A stretch of DNA of 64,000 nt from positions 1-64,000 of IMG/VR virus record IMGVR_UViG_3300020048_000027; one strand, written 5' to 3'. This DNA comes from a virus. Positions 56,569 to 64,000 of the stretch are shown piece after piece; positions within the stretch are counted from its first letter, which is position 1, and each line of letters begins with the position of its first letter. Under the pieces are notes generated by a model. The model saw nothing but the letters and a program-made list of their open reading frames with translations. It did not search any database and was not told where the DNA came from. The position numbers and the translations under genes are program-made.

Positions 56569-56814
56569 CTAAGTAATTCTTGTATCATACATAGACTCTA
56601 TCTTAACACCCTCCTCAGTATACAGATCGTAATCTTCCCAATTGATACCGTAAGCTAATCCTTCTTCCCCATAGCTTTCTATCAAGGCTTCATTCTCATT
56701 ATCATCATCCGATACTGTAAAGACCTGTGTACCATCAAATAGATACTCTGATGATCTATAAGGATTGTTCCTTGCTTCTATTAATTCTCTTAGTGTGTGG
56801 ATATCTATCATCAT
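56569..56814 (-). CDS. acidic hypothetical early protein
   Basis: Intact ORF; INWEDYDLYTE motif. Confidence 0.65.
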   Translation of the reverse strand: MMIDIHTLRELIEARNNPYRSSEYLFDGTQVFTVSDDDNENEALIESYGEEGLAYGINWEDYDLYTEEGVKIESMYDTRIT

Positions 56815-56888
56815 AGTTCTTTGATTAAATGTTATGGAAAGGATTGAGGTAGCTTATTATGAAACTACCTCCCTTACCTTTTTCTTCT

Positions 56889-57158
56889 TTAAAGTTTAAA
56901 TAGATTTTTAAATTGAAACTTCACCTCTACTTTCTTTCCCATAATAAAAGTAAATCCTTTAAACCCTGTCTTAGTAATCTCCGATATATTTACTTCTGAA
57001 TCTGTAAGGATTATTTCTCCTGTAAGTGACGATACATAATTTCTATATATCGCATTAATTCCCCCTATATTTATAAAGTTGTAATCAGTTCTAGATCTCC
57101 CGTAAACGATTGCTTCTAAGCTAAATCTTTCTCCGTTTAAAAATTCTTGTTTTGTCAT
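56889..57158 (-). CDS. hypothetical early protein
   Basis: Preceded by promoter repeat 57182-57216. Confidence 0.7.
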   Translation of the reverse strand: MTKQEFLNGERFSLEAIVYGRSRTDYNFINIGGINAIYRNYVSSLTGEIILTDSEVNISEITKTGFKGFTFIMGKKVEVKFQFKNLFKL

Positions 57159-57271
57159 AACCTTTATTTGTTTTAATTATACCTAAATATATGAACTTTA
57201 ATTAATATAAGCAACTTCTTTATGAACTATTTTATACCCCTTTTACCTTATATATTCAACATCTTCTTCTT

Positions 57272-57487
57272 CTACAACCCCTCTCTATATTCATCTGCCC
57301 TATCCACAACCCATTCCTTCCACACTAAATCATTGTAACCTAATCCAACTACCAATGTACGAAAGGCTTCCATTAAATCATCGATATCAGTATCACTATG
57401 GTCCAACTCCACTGACACCTTTATACCATATTGTTGTGCTGTAATAAGTGTTGGATTTAAAAAGTCTGCTATTCCGTTATTTTTCAT
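57272..57487 (-). CDS. hypothetical early protein
   Basis: Intact ORF. Confidence 0.7.
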   Translation of the reverse strand: MKNNGIADFLNPTLITAQQYGIKVSVELDHSDTDIDDLMEAFRTLVVGLGYNDLVWKEWVVDRADEYREGL

Positions 57488-57497
57488 ACCCTTCGTT

Positions 57498-58049
57498 TTA
57501 ATTTATAGATTCAACATCTTCTTCTTCTACATAGCTATCACTACCTGCTATACTTTCGAAATGACCATCTTTGAACCACCCTTCAATCCCTTTATTAATA
57601 TAAACCTCGATTAATCCTTCAGACTTTAACTCATCTAAATAAAGCCCCCTAACCCCATCCTTAAAAAAGGTTGATGTTGACACAGCTACACCAGAGTATA
57701 GGTCATAAAAATCTTCATCATAATCCCTTAATTCAGAATATTGATCTACATAGTAAACATCCGTTAGTAATCTATGAGTAGGAATTTCTACATTTTCATC
57801 TACTAATTGATCTCCATCGTAATCACTATCTTTAAAGCAATCTTGGTACAAATCATTATTCCATCCCTCTCGAATAAATTGATTCAAATCCTCCTTAATA
57901 TAGTTTTCTACATCCTTACTGAGATCTAATCCTACTACATCAAAATCTACATTATCAACTAATTTTAAACCCATTTCCTCAGCAACTCTTTGTAATCCTT
58001 TTAAGAAATCCTCTTGACTAACTTGAAACGTAACTGTGATTGTTTTCAT
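57498..58049 (-). CDS. acidic hypothetical early protein
   Basis: Preceded by promoter repeat 58073-58107. Confidence 0.7.
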   Translation of the reverse strand: MKTITVTFQVSQEDFLKGLQRVAEEMGLKLVDNVDFDVVGLDLSKDVENYIKEDLNQFIREGWNNDLYQDCFKDSDYDGDQLVDENVEIPTHRLLTDVYYVDQYSELRDYDEDFYDLYSGVAVSTSTFFKDGVRGLYLDELKSEGLIEVYINKGIEGWFKDGHFESIAGSDSYVEEEDVESIN

Positions 58050-58130
58050 ATCTTTATTTGTTTTTAACTATACCTAAATATACGAATTAACTTTGTAACT
58101 AGCAACTTTATTTTAACTTATTGATTAAGT

Positions 58131-58167
58131 AAAAAAGGACTTGAGGTTATGAAGTTCAAGCCCTTTT
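58131..58167 (-). terminator. intrinsic terminator
   Basis: AAAAGGGCTTGA-loop-TCAAGTCCTTTTTT. Confidence 0.7.
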
Positions 58168-58187
58168 AGCATAATCAAAACAAAATA

Positions 58188-58979
58188 TTATTTACTACGA
58201 GTTACATTTGATGTTAAAAACTGCTCTATGTAGCTCATTTTTATTTTAGGCCAGTTTGAAGTATATTCAGTATCTAGATATACTTTATTCTCATCATCCC
58301 ATCCCTGAGTTGCTATTGTTACTTTTACTTCTGCAGATTTCCCTGAGTATGATTTTGAAAGTATTTGGATCTTTTTAACCTTATTTATCTGATCCTTATA
58401 TCCTATATTAAAGTCAGGATACCCTCCCCATCTACCTTCAGACTTTGTAAAATGTATTTCTTCAATTTCTGCTCTTTTAAGTAAGGTTGCTAAATCCCCC
58501 TCTTTAATTAATTTTTTAACAATCGATATCTCTCTCTCTACTGCCCATTCCTCATCTCTAACTCTAGTATAGGATTCCTTAAATTCTAACATTACAGAAT
58601 TATAAACTGCTAAAATTTCCTTCTGAAAATCTAATATACTTTGAGCTGCTTTTCCTACTGAGATTAATCTTTTTAATTCCCATTCATCATTTCCACTAGA
58701 AGAATATACAGAAGTATTTACTTGATTAGCTTCCCCTGTTGACCAATCTGTTCTAAAATAAACTTCAAAATAAGTCTTGTTATAAGTATAACCCTCTTGA
58801 GGTCTTAAAAATTCCATACGATCTAACGATACTTTAATTTCATCCTTTTCCTCTACCACATTTGTAAAGTAAGGTATTAATAAATCTTGTAAAGCTTGCT
58901 TTCTTGAAGCTTCTACTAAAAACCTAGCTTGTTCTTTTACTAGTAATTCTTCTTTTAATGTTTCTAACTTTTGTATCAT
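58188..58979 (-). CDS. hypothetical early protein
   Basis: 263 aa; preceded by promoter repeat 59003-59037. Confidence 0.75.
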   Translation of the reverse strand: MIQKLETLKEELLVKEQARFLVEASRKQALQDLLIPYFTNVVEEKDEIKVSLDRMEFLRPQEGYTYNKTYFEVYFRTDWSTGEANQVNTSVYSSSGNDEWELKRLISVGKAAQSILDFQKEILAVYNSVMLEFKESYTRVRDEEWAVEREISIVKKLIKEGDLATLLKRAEIEEIHFTKSEGRWGGYPDFNIGYKDQINKVKKIQILSKSYSGKSAEVKVTIATQGWDDENKVYLDTEYTSNWPKIKMSYIEQFLTSNVTRSK

Positions 58980-59063
58980 AACCTTTATTGTTTTTAATTA
59001 TACCTAAATATAAGAAGAATAATTAAGGTAGGCAACTAAATACCTACCTTTTTTTAAATTTGT

Positions 59064-59339
59064 TTAAAGCTTAATCTCTTTAGTGCTTTTGCTAATATGC
59101 ACTGTTGCCCCTGGTGTTGTATAAAATTTGTTTGTGCTACGATACATATAATAATTTTCTGCATAACCTACCTTAGTTACAAAAGGTAATTTAAGTATTT
59201 CATCCCCCTGCTCTTTACTAAAAGGTTTAGTATAAGCAAATTTAATTCTTACTCCCTCATCTCTTGTATCCACATATGCTTTTACTCCTTCTAAATTTGC
59301 AATCTTTTCAATTGCTTTTCTAATTTGTGATTTTGCCAT
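59064..59339 (-). CDS. basic hypothetical early protein
   Basis: Intact ORF with A-rich leader. Confidence 0.7.
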   Translation of the reverse strand: MAKSQIRKAIEKIANLEGVKAYVDTRDEGVRIKFAYTKPFSKEQGDEILKLPFVTKVGYAENYYMYRSTNKFYTTPGATVHISKSTKEIKL

Positions 59340-59363
59340 AATGTCTTATTTGTTTTTAAAATA

Positions 59364-59621
59364 TTAAATTACATCAAATTTAACCTCACCATTTAGTGAC
59401 ATTTCTTTACAGTATTCCCTAATTAATGAAATTGATTTAAAAACTTTATCATCTTTCTCAAAATATTGCTGTTTATCTTCAACAAACATTTTATATGTTA
59501 ATTCCTTTATAGTTGAATAAACTCCGATATCTTCTAACAATAATGAAGTACAATACTCCATATTTAAAGAACCTCCAACAATTAATATTGAATCTTGTAA
59601 TAATTTTTTAGAACATTTCAT
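59364..59621 (-). CDS. hypothetical early protein
   Basis: Preceded by promoter repeat 59650-59684. Confidence 0.65.
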   Translation of the reverse strand: MKCSKKLLQDSILIVGGSLNMEYCTSLLLEDIGVYSTIKELTYKMFVEDKQQYFEKDDKVFKSISLIREYCKEMSLNGEVKFDVI

Positions 59622-59707
59622 AACCTTTAATTATTTATTTTTAATTATAACTAAATATAAGAAGAATAAGTAAGGTAGCCAACTAAATGACTACCTTTTT
59701 TTTAGGA

Positions 59708-60043
59708 TTATTTATAAGTATATCCCGATACTGAATTCCCGTATTTAGCAGATAATTCTTTTAGTTTACTTCCTACAGCAAAGTCAATCATTTTAGCTTG
59801 AAACATATACCTCATAGTTTGGTCATGTTGAAAAGATTGATGATCTCCTATTTTATAAAGAGGGACTGTTCCTGAGGTTGCTACAATTTTGTGAATAATT
59901 TTTCTAGGGTCTAAATTTGAAGTTGTTTCCCAAACCTCGTAAGTTGTATCTTCTCCCCAGGTACTGTATACATTGAAGTATTTTGAAGTTCCTGTTTTTA
60001 AATTAATTTTACCTAAGGGTAATATTGGACTTCCATTTCTCAT
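59708..60043 (-). CDS. hypothetical early protein
   Basis: Preceded by promoter repeat 60066-60100. Confidence 0.7.
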   Translation of the reverse strand: MRNGSPILPLGKINLKTGTSKYFNVYSTWGEDTTYEVWETTSNLDPRKIIHKIVATSGTVPLYKIGDHQSFQHDQTMRYMFQAKMIDFAVGSKLKELSAKYGNSVSGYTYK

Positions 60044-60105
60044 AATATGTTTGTTTTTAATTATACCTAAATATAAGAACTATAATTCAGTTAGGCAACT
60101 TTATT

Positions 60106-60303
60106 TTATAGAAAGTAAATATGAAGTATTTCCTTGAAATCTTCCTCCAACCAGTCTTCCTCAAAAATGTAAGCTAAATCTGAATAGTCTTCTGTCTGCT
60201 CAACTTCTGAGATTAAATCCTCTCCAAACAACGCCTCATCTTCCACGTTACATGCTCTTAAGTACTCAATTGCTACTTCCTTTAGTTTTTCAAATCTTCT
60301 CAT
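60106..60303 (-). CDS. acidic hypothetical early protein
   Basis: Intact ORF. Confidence 0.65.
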   Translation of the reverse strand: MRRFEKLKEVAIEYLRACNVEDEALFGEDLISEVEQTEDYSDLAYIFEEDWLEEDFKEILHIYFL

Positions 60304-60321
60304 AATTTTATTTCTTTTTAA

Positions 60322-60606
60322 TTAAGATGTATATCTCATCCAAACATCTAACACTTCTTCCTTTCTTTCTCCTATATAAACATATCCTCCCATATCATCA
60401 CTAAAACAAAATACACCATCCTCTTCATCTATCCATTCCTCTATATATTCATCCACTCCATCCTCACTATATAATCCTGAGAATCCTGTTAAAAGTATCT
60501 TTTTAATAGTAGCTATATCTGCACTACCTTCTATGAACCCTTTAAAGAATAAATCATCAGATCCTCTTTGAGCTTCTCCATACATTACATATACCTTTCC
60601 TTCCAT
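60322..60606 (-). CDS. acidic hypothetical early protein
   Basis: Intact ORF. Confidence 0.65.
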   Translation of the reverse strand: MEGKVYVMYGEAQRGSDDLFFKGFIEGSADIATIKKILLTGFSGLYSEDGVDEYIEEWIDEEDGVFCFSDDMGGYVYIGERKEEVLDVWMRYTS

Positions 60607-60608
60607 AA

Positions 60609-60773
60609 CTAATATACTATAAAGTCTACTACCTCTTCTCCAATCCCTTTTCCATTCTTAGTAATTTCATAGGAAGGATCCATCCCACTTCTCATTACAT
60701 CTTCTACTAATTCATTAATAGAATCAAATTCCTTATCGAAATAACTACATTTTAAACTGTATACATTTTTCAT
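60609..60773 (-). CDS. small hypothetical early protein (54 aa, not in ORF track)
   Basis: MKNVYSLKCSYFDKEFDSINELVEDVMRSGMDPSYEITKNGKGIGEEVVDFIVY behind promoter repeat 60797-60831. Confidence 0.75.
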   Translation of the reverse strand: MKNVYSLKCSYFDKEFDSINELVEDVMRSGMDPSYEITKNGKGIGEEVVDFIVY

Positions 60774-61096
60774 AACCTTTATTGTTTTTAATTATACCTA
60801 AATATAAGAAGAATAATTCAGTTAGGCAACTTTTATTTGAAATATAAACATAAAGACAGTATTAGAAAAAAAATAATCTAATTGACCTTAGCTACCATAT
60901 CTTAGTAATATCTAACAATATTAGAACAACAATATTACTTACTTCGTTTTTTACTAGTTGAATTCTTTAATAAAGGACTACCTTACATTCCTGTCTAATA
61001 TTGATCCTTTTGGCTGACCAAGCAACACCACTAACTAAAGATATAGTTCTAGGTAGGTTAAGTATACTCGCAATAGCCTACAATTGTTAGGCCCAC

Positions 61097-61134
61097 AAAA
61101 AAAGGCCTTACTAGAATTAACTAATAAGACCTTA
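61097..61134 (-). terminator. intrinsic terminator
   Basis: AAGGTCTTATTAG-ttaatt-CTAGTAAGGCCTT plus T run. Confidence 0.65.
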
Positions 61135-61284
61135 TTTAAAAAAAATAATGATCAGCCTCTACTCTAATCATCATTTATAAATACTCGTTCTTTTAATATA
61201 AGAACTATGTTTTGATTTACAAACTAGATAACTTTCTGTAGAGGATAGTTAACTTTCGTCTATATATAAATAGGCTTATAATTC

Positions 61285-61312
61285 AAAAAAAGGAGGCTTT
61301 TACACCTCCCTT
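61285..61312 (-). terminator. intrinsic terminator after the DUF932-like gene
   Basis: AAGGGAGGT-gtaaa-AGCCTCCTTTTTTT. Confidence 0.75.
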
Positions 61313-61318
61313 ATGTAT

Positions 61319-62164
61319 TTAGTTTACATATGCCATTGCCATTTTAAATAGCTTCTGATTGACATCTATATCCTTTTCAAAACCTTTGATGGGTCTCACC
61401 TTACGTACCTTAGCACCCTTCAATGCTTGGTTGTAACCCCCTTTAATTAACTTCTCTTGAATAATGTTTAAAGTTATCCAAACATCATCAGACCCTTTGT
61501 CTGCTTCTCTTTTAGGATCTAATATATCCTCAATAGTTTCATCATCATACTCAGGCTGTACATCCGTAGGTTTAATCCCTGCTCTTAGTAACATTGCATC
61601 GATAGCAAACTGTCTCTTTTGCTCCTCAGTCAATATGGTAGATTTCATCCTGTTAAGTACTTCAACCTTGTTAGGAAGATCCGTCATTGCTGTGTTTACA
61701 ACGTTTCTAAGCTCTTCAAATGTGTACCCCATATGTTTGATCTTGAAAGCAGAAAACTCATCCTCAGCTATAACTAATCCATTTGAACAAACAAGACGAT
61801 ATACCCCTACCTTAAAGGAAAAAGCATTTAATCCATCATGACTGTTTGTAAGAATAATTCTAGGATAAGCATCAATTTCACCTTCCTTATTAAGGATTCT
61901 TACATCCGGGTTTTGAAAAGAAACCATGTGCTTGCTGAAGATTGTATTAATCCCTCTAGACTTTCTCATTGCAGCCTGTACAGGGTACCAATTCAATTTC
62001 GCTAGATCATCAATAATCGTCTCTGTGTTAACATGTAAGTACTTGTTACTTACTCTATCACTAGTAGGAGTTGCTGCAAACACGACAGGTGCTTGTTGTC
62101 TAATCTGCTCTTTTGTTAGGTAAGATCCTAACCCTTTATCAAATCTCATCATAATGTCTTGCAT
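61319..62164 (-). CDS. DUF932/DUF945-family protein
   Basis: SNKY, FSKHMV, PRIILTNSHDG..AF....GVYRLVCSNGLV, KHMG, W..LNIIQEKLIKGG. Confidence 0.85.
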   Translation of the reverse strand: MQDIMMRFDKGLGSYLTKEQIRQQAPVVFAATPTSDRVSNKYLHVNTETIIDDLAKLNWYPVQAAMRKSRGINTIFSKHMVSFQNPDVRILNKEGEIDAYPRIILTNSHDGLNAFSFKVGVYRLVCSNGLVIAEDEFSAFKIKHMGYTFEELRNVVNTAMTDLPNKVEVLNRMKSTILTEEQKRQFAIDAMLLRAGIKPTDVQPEYDDETIEDILDPKREADKGSDDVWITLNIIQEKLIKGGYNQALKGAKVRKVRPIKGFEKDIDVNQKLFKMAMAYVN

Positions 62165-62230
62165 AATCTATATTGTTTTAATTATTAATACCTAAATATA
62201 TGAACTTTAATTAAGGTAGGCAACTTTTTA

Positions 62231-62452
62231 TTACTCTTTTTCAGCATAAAACCTTATCAACATTACACCATCTTCCTCCTCTATTAAACTATCAATTAGT
62301 ACAACATCACTATGTTGATAACCTTCTGTATATCCTCCTTCATCAAATTGTGTAAGGATTGGATAGTTTAAATCATTTTCTAACATTTTCTCTACATTTA
62401 GTAAAGTGTTTTCTAAGCTTTCTTTTAGTCTAAGTAAATTCTGTTTTGTCAT
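62231..62452 (-). CDS. hypothetical early protein (duplicate copy)
   Basis: Identical to 62519..62740. Confidence 0.7.
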   Translation of the reverse strand: MTKQNLLRLKESLENTLLNVEKMLENDLNYPILTQFDEGGYTEGYQHSDVVLIDSLIEEEDGVMLIRFYAEKE

Positions 62453-62518
62453 AACTTATATTGTTTTAATTATTAATACCTAAATATATGAACTTTAATT
62501 AAGGTAGGCAACTTTTTA

Positions 62519-62740
62519 TTACTCTTTTTCAGCATAAAACCTTATCAACATTACACCATCTTCCTCCTCTATTAAACTATCAATTAGTACAACATCACTA
62601 TGTTGATAACCTTCTGTATATCCTCCTTCATCAAATTGTGTAAGGATTGGATAGTTTAAATCATTTTCTAACATTTTCTCTACATTTAGTAAAGTGTTTT
62701 CTAAGCTTTCTTTTAGTCTAAGTAAATTCTGTTTTGTCAT
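62519..62740 (-). CDS. hypothetical early protein (duplicate copy)
   Basis: Identical to 62231..62452. Confidence 0.7.
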   Translation of the reverse strand: MTKQNLLRLKESLENTLLNVEKMLENDLNYPILTQFDEGGYTEGYQHSDVVLIDSLIEEEDGVMLIRFYAEKE

Positions 62741-62835
62741 AACTTATATTGTTTTAATTATTAATACCTAAATATATGAACTTTAATTAAGGTAGGCAAC
62801 TAATCACCTACCTTTTTTAGCTACACTAACTACCT

Positions 62836-63177
62836 TTATTCATCATCCCTCTCTTCATCAACAGGTCTAAGAAAATACTCATCACTAAGGTCCATAAAAT
62901 TATTTTCTAAAGCATCCTTTAAGTTTTCTAGTTGAATAGGTGTATGACATATTACAAGCCTATTCTCATAAGCTAATTCAAACTCAATTGCTTCAACATC
63001 TACAATTTGGTCAGGACTATTCTCAGCCCAGTCAAGAATATTCTCAATTGCTCTTTGAATATCTTCTACTAGAATTCCTTTTCCCTCGATTGAATTAATA
63101 AGGGTAATAACATCTTCTTTTGAAAAGATTGAGCTTACTGAATCTTTAACCGATTTTAATACTAATTCTTTTGTCAT
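62836..63177 (-). CDS. hypothetical early protein
   Basis: SSIFSKEDVITLI motif; promoter repeat 63201-63235. Confidence 0.7.
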   Translation of the reverse strand: MTKELVLKSVKDSVSSIFSKEDVITLINSIEGKGILVEDIQRAIENILDWAENSPDQIVDVEAIEFELAYENRLVICHTPIQLENLKDALENNFMDLSDEYFLRPVDEERDDE

Positions 63178-63236
63178 AATTTATATTGTTTTTAATTATA
63201 CCTAAATATACGAATTAACTTTGTAACTACCAACTT

Positions 63237-63389
63237 TTAAATAAAGTATTTTACCTCATCCCAACCTTTTTCTTTCTTAACTTTACAAAAATAAGTTGGA
63301 CCTTTTCTAAACTTTTTACCAAATTCACTCTCATCTTTAAACAAGAAAGGAGTATATTTACCTATATCTTTTTCTTCGATTTCTATCAT
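63237..63389 (-). CDS. small hypothetical early protein (50 aa, probably leaderless; not in ORF track)
   Basis: MIEIEEKDIGKYTPFLFKDESEFGKKFRKGPTYFCKVKKEKGWDEVKYFI; ATG 3 nt after the TATATTTAG box. Confidence 0.65.
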   Translation of the reverse strand: MIEIEEKDIGKYTPFLFKDESEFGKKFRKGPTYFCKVKKEKGWDEVKYFI

Positions 63390-63447
63390 AAGCTAAATAT
63401 AAGGAAAAGTCAGTAGAGTACCAACTTTTCCTTTGTTTATTTTAAAA

Positions 63448-63756
63448 TTAATAATTGACTGATTTAATCAAATCTAAAATGACTTTGTCGGATAAAATTG
63501 CTTCAGCTTTGTCCTGTAAAAGTCTGTCATAATCAATCCCCATTTCTAAATGAAAATCCTTGAATTTGTGATAGTTCGTAAGTGCAACTCCTTGAAAGTA
63601 AATATCTATAAGGTCCACCCATTCATATTCTGCTGTAGGTTTTCCCTCTACACTTCCTTCAGAAATAGAGAATTGGTACTCCATATCTGCTACTAAACCT
63701 CCGACTTGTACTGGAATTGATAAAGTCAGTAAAACTGTTTTTCTTAATACTTTCAT
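63448..63756 (-). CDS. hypothetical early protein
   Basis: Promoter repeat 63782-63816. Confidence 0.7.
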   Translation of the reverse strand: MKVLRKTVLLTLSIPVQVGGLVADMEYQFSISEGSVEGKPTAEYEWVDLIDIYFQGVALTNYHKFKDFHLEMGIDYDRLLQDKAEAILSDKVILDLIKSVNY

Positions 63757-64000
63757 AATACGTTTGTTTGTTTTAATTATACCTAAATATACGAATTAAT
63801 TTTGTAACTAGCAACTAATTTATAAAAAAAAGAGTAACTTTTTTAAGGTTACTCCTCTTCCTAATTAAAAACAATAAGGAGTTATGACTTCCTTATATTG
63901 TTCAGGAGAGCTAGCTTTACAGGTAAGTAGCCCTCCCCCTATTAAAAAATTTATAAATTAACTCTTCTTTTTCTAGTCTTACTACGTTTTAAACTTAAGA

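Larger units (their letters stand above)
62169..62801. repeat. exact 288-bp tandem duplication of a promoter+gene cassette (2.2 copies)
   Basis: 62169-62513 equals 62457-62801; identical 57-bp promoter block at 62169, 62457, 62745. Confidence 0.95.
57159..63816 (-). repeat. dispersed early promoter/leader repeat (12 copies)
   Basis: AGTTG-N20-TATATTTAG(G)-tataattaaaaacaa..ATG consensus at 57182, 58073, 59003, 59650, 60066, 60797, 62191, 62479, 62767, 63201, 63392, 63782 (35-nt cores); resembles the Bacteroidota -33 TTG / -7 TAnnTTTG promoter. Confidence 0.9.

Noticed and set aside
57159-63816. CRISPR array or integron attC array
   Set aside because: The repeats are promoter-shaped and separated by whole genes of variable length; no cas or integrase gene and no attC R-box structure were seen.
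1-64000. All plus-strand ORFs in the track and short nested minus-strand ORFs (e.g. 213..458, 10045..10230)
   Set aside because: They are antisense or alternate-frame shadows of well-supported minus-strand genes, with Ser/Phe/Leu-rich composition and no motifs or promoters.
1-64000. tRNA genes; tail sheath, tube and tape-measure genes
   Set aside because: No cloverleaf or TTCGA T-loop context found in intergenic gaps; tail genes were not recognised and probably lie outside the window, so their absence is uninformative.

Overview
A 64-kb, AT-rich segment of a large T4-like (myovirus-type) phage. Its host is most likely Bacteroidota, judged from TTG-N20-TAnnTTT-type promoters and A-rich leaders without Shine-Dalgarno sequences. 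All credible genes are on the minus strand and use the standard code. From right to left (the direction of transcription): (1) 64-55.5 kb, an array of small early genes, most behind their own copy of a 35-57 bp promoter/leader repeat, including one exact 288-bp cassette duplication and a DUF932-like gene. (2) A structured non-coding junction at about 55.1-55.5 kb. (3) An HD hydrolase and a gp55-like late sigma factor. (4) A baseplate and fibre module (gp5-like, gp25, gp6, a gp7-like wedge with about 20 propeller blades, tail-collar-like and fibre proteins). (5) GIY-YIG nuclease, primase and exonuclease. (6) A block of putative capsid-packaged cargo and effector genes: a mini kinase, two Pol-beta-like nucleotidyltransferases (one at the front of a 1083-aa six-domain protein), a HAD nucleotidase and a PD-(D/E)xK nuclease. 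(7) The head module (terminase, portal, protease, scaffold, major capsid), then HNH, PhoH, neck proteins and fibres. The most notable pattern is a modular capsid-loading system. At least three families of N-terminal leaders end in prohead-protease-type (L/I/V/M)-x-E sites, one family is visibly copied as a late-promoter-plus-leader DNA cassette onto unrelated cargo, and several polyproteins have the same site at their domain boundaries. Several candidate structured RNAs were also seen. No tRNA, CRISPR array, reverse transcriptase or integrase was recognised. All product calls come from motif recognition by eye; no database searches were run.
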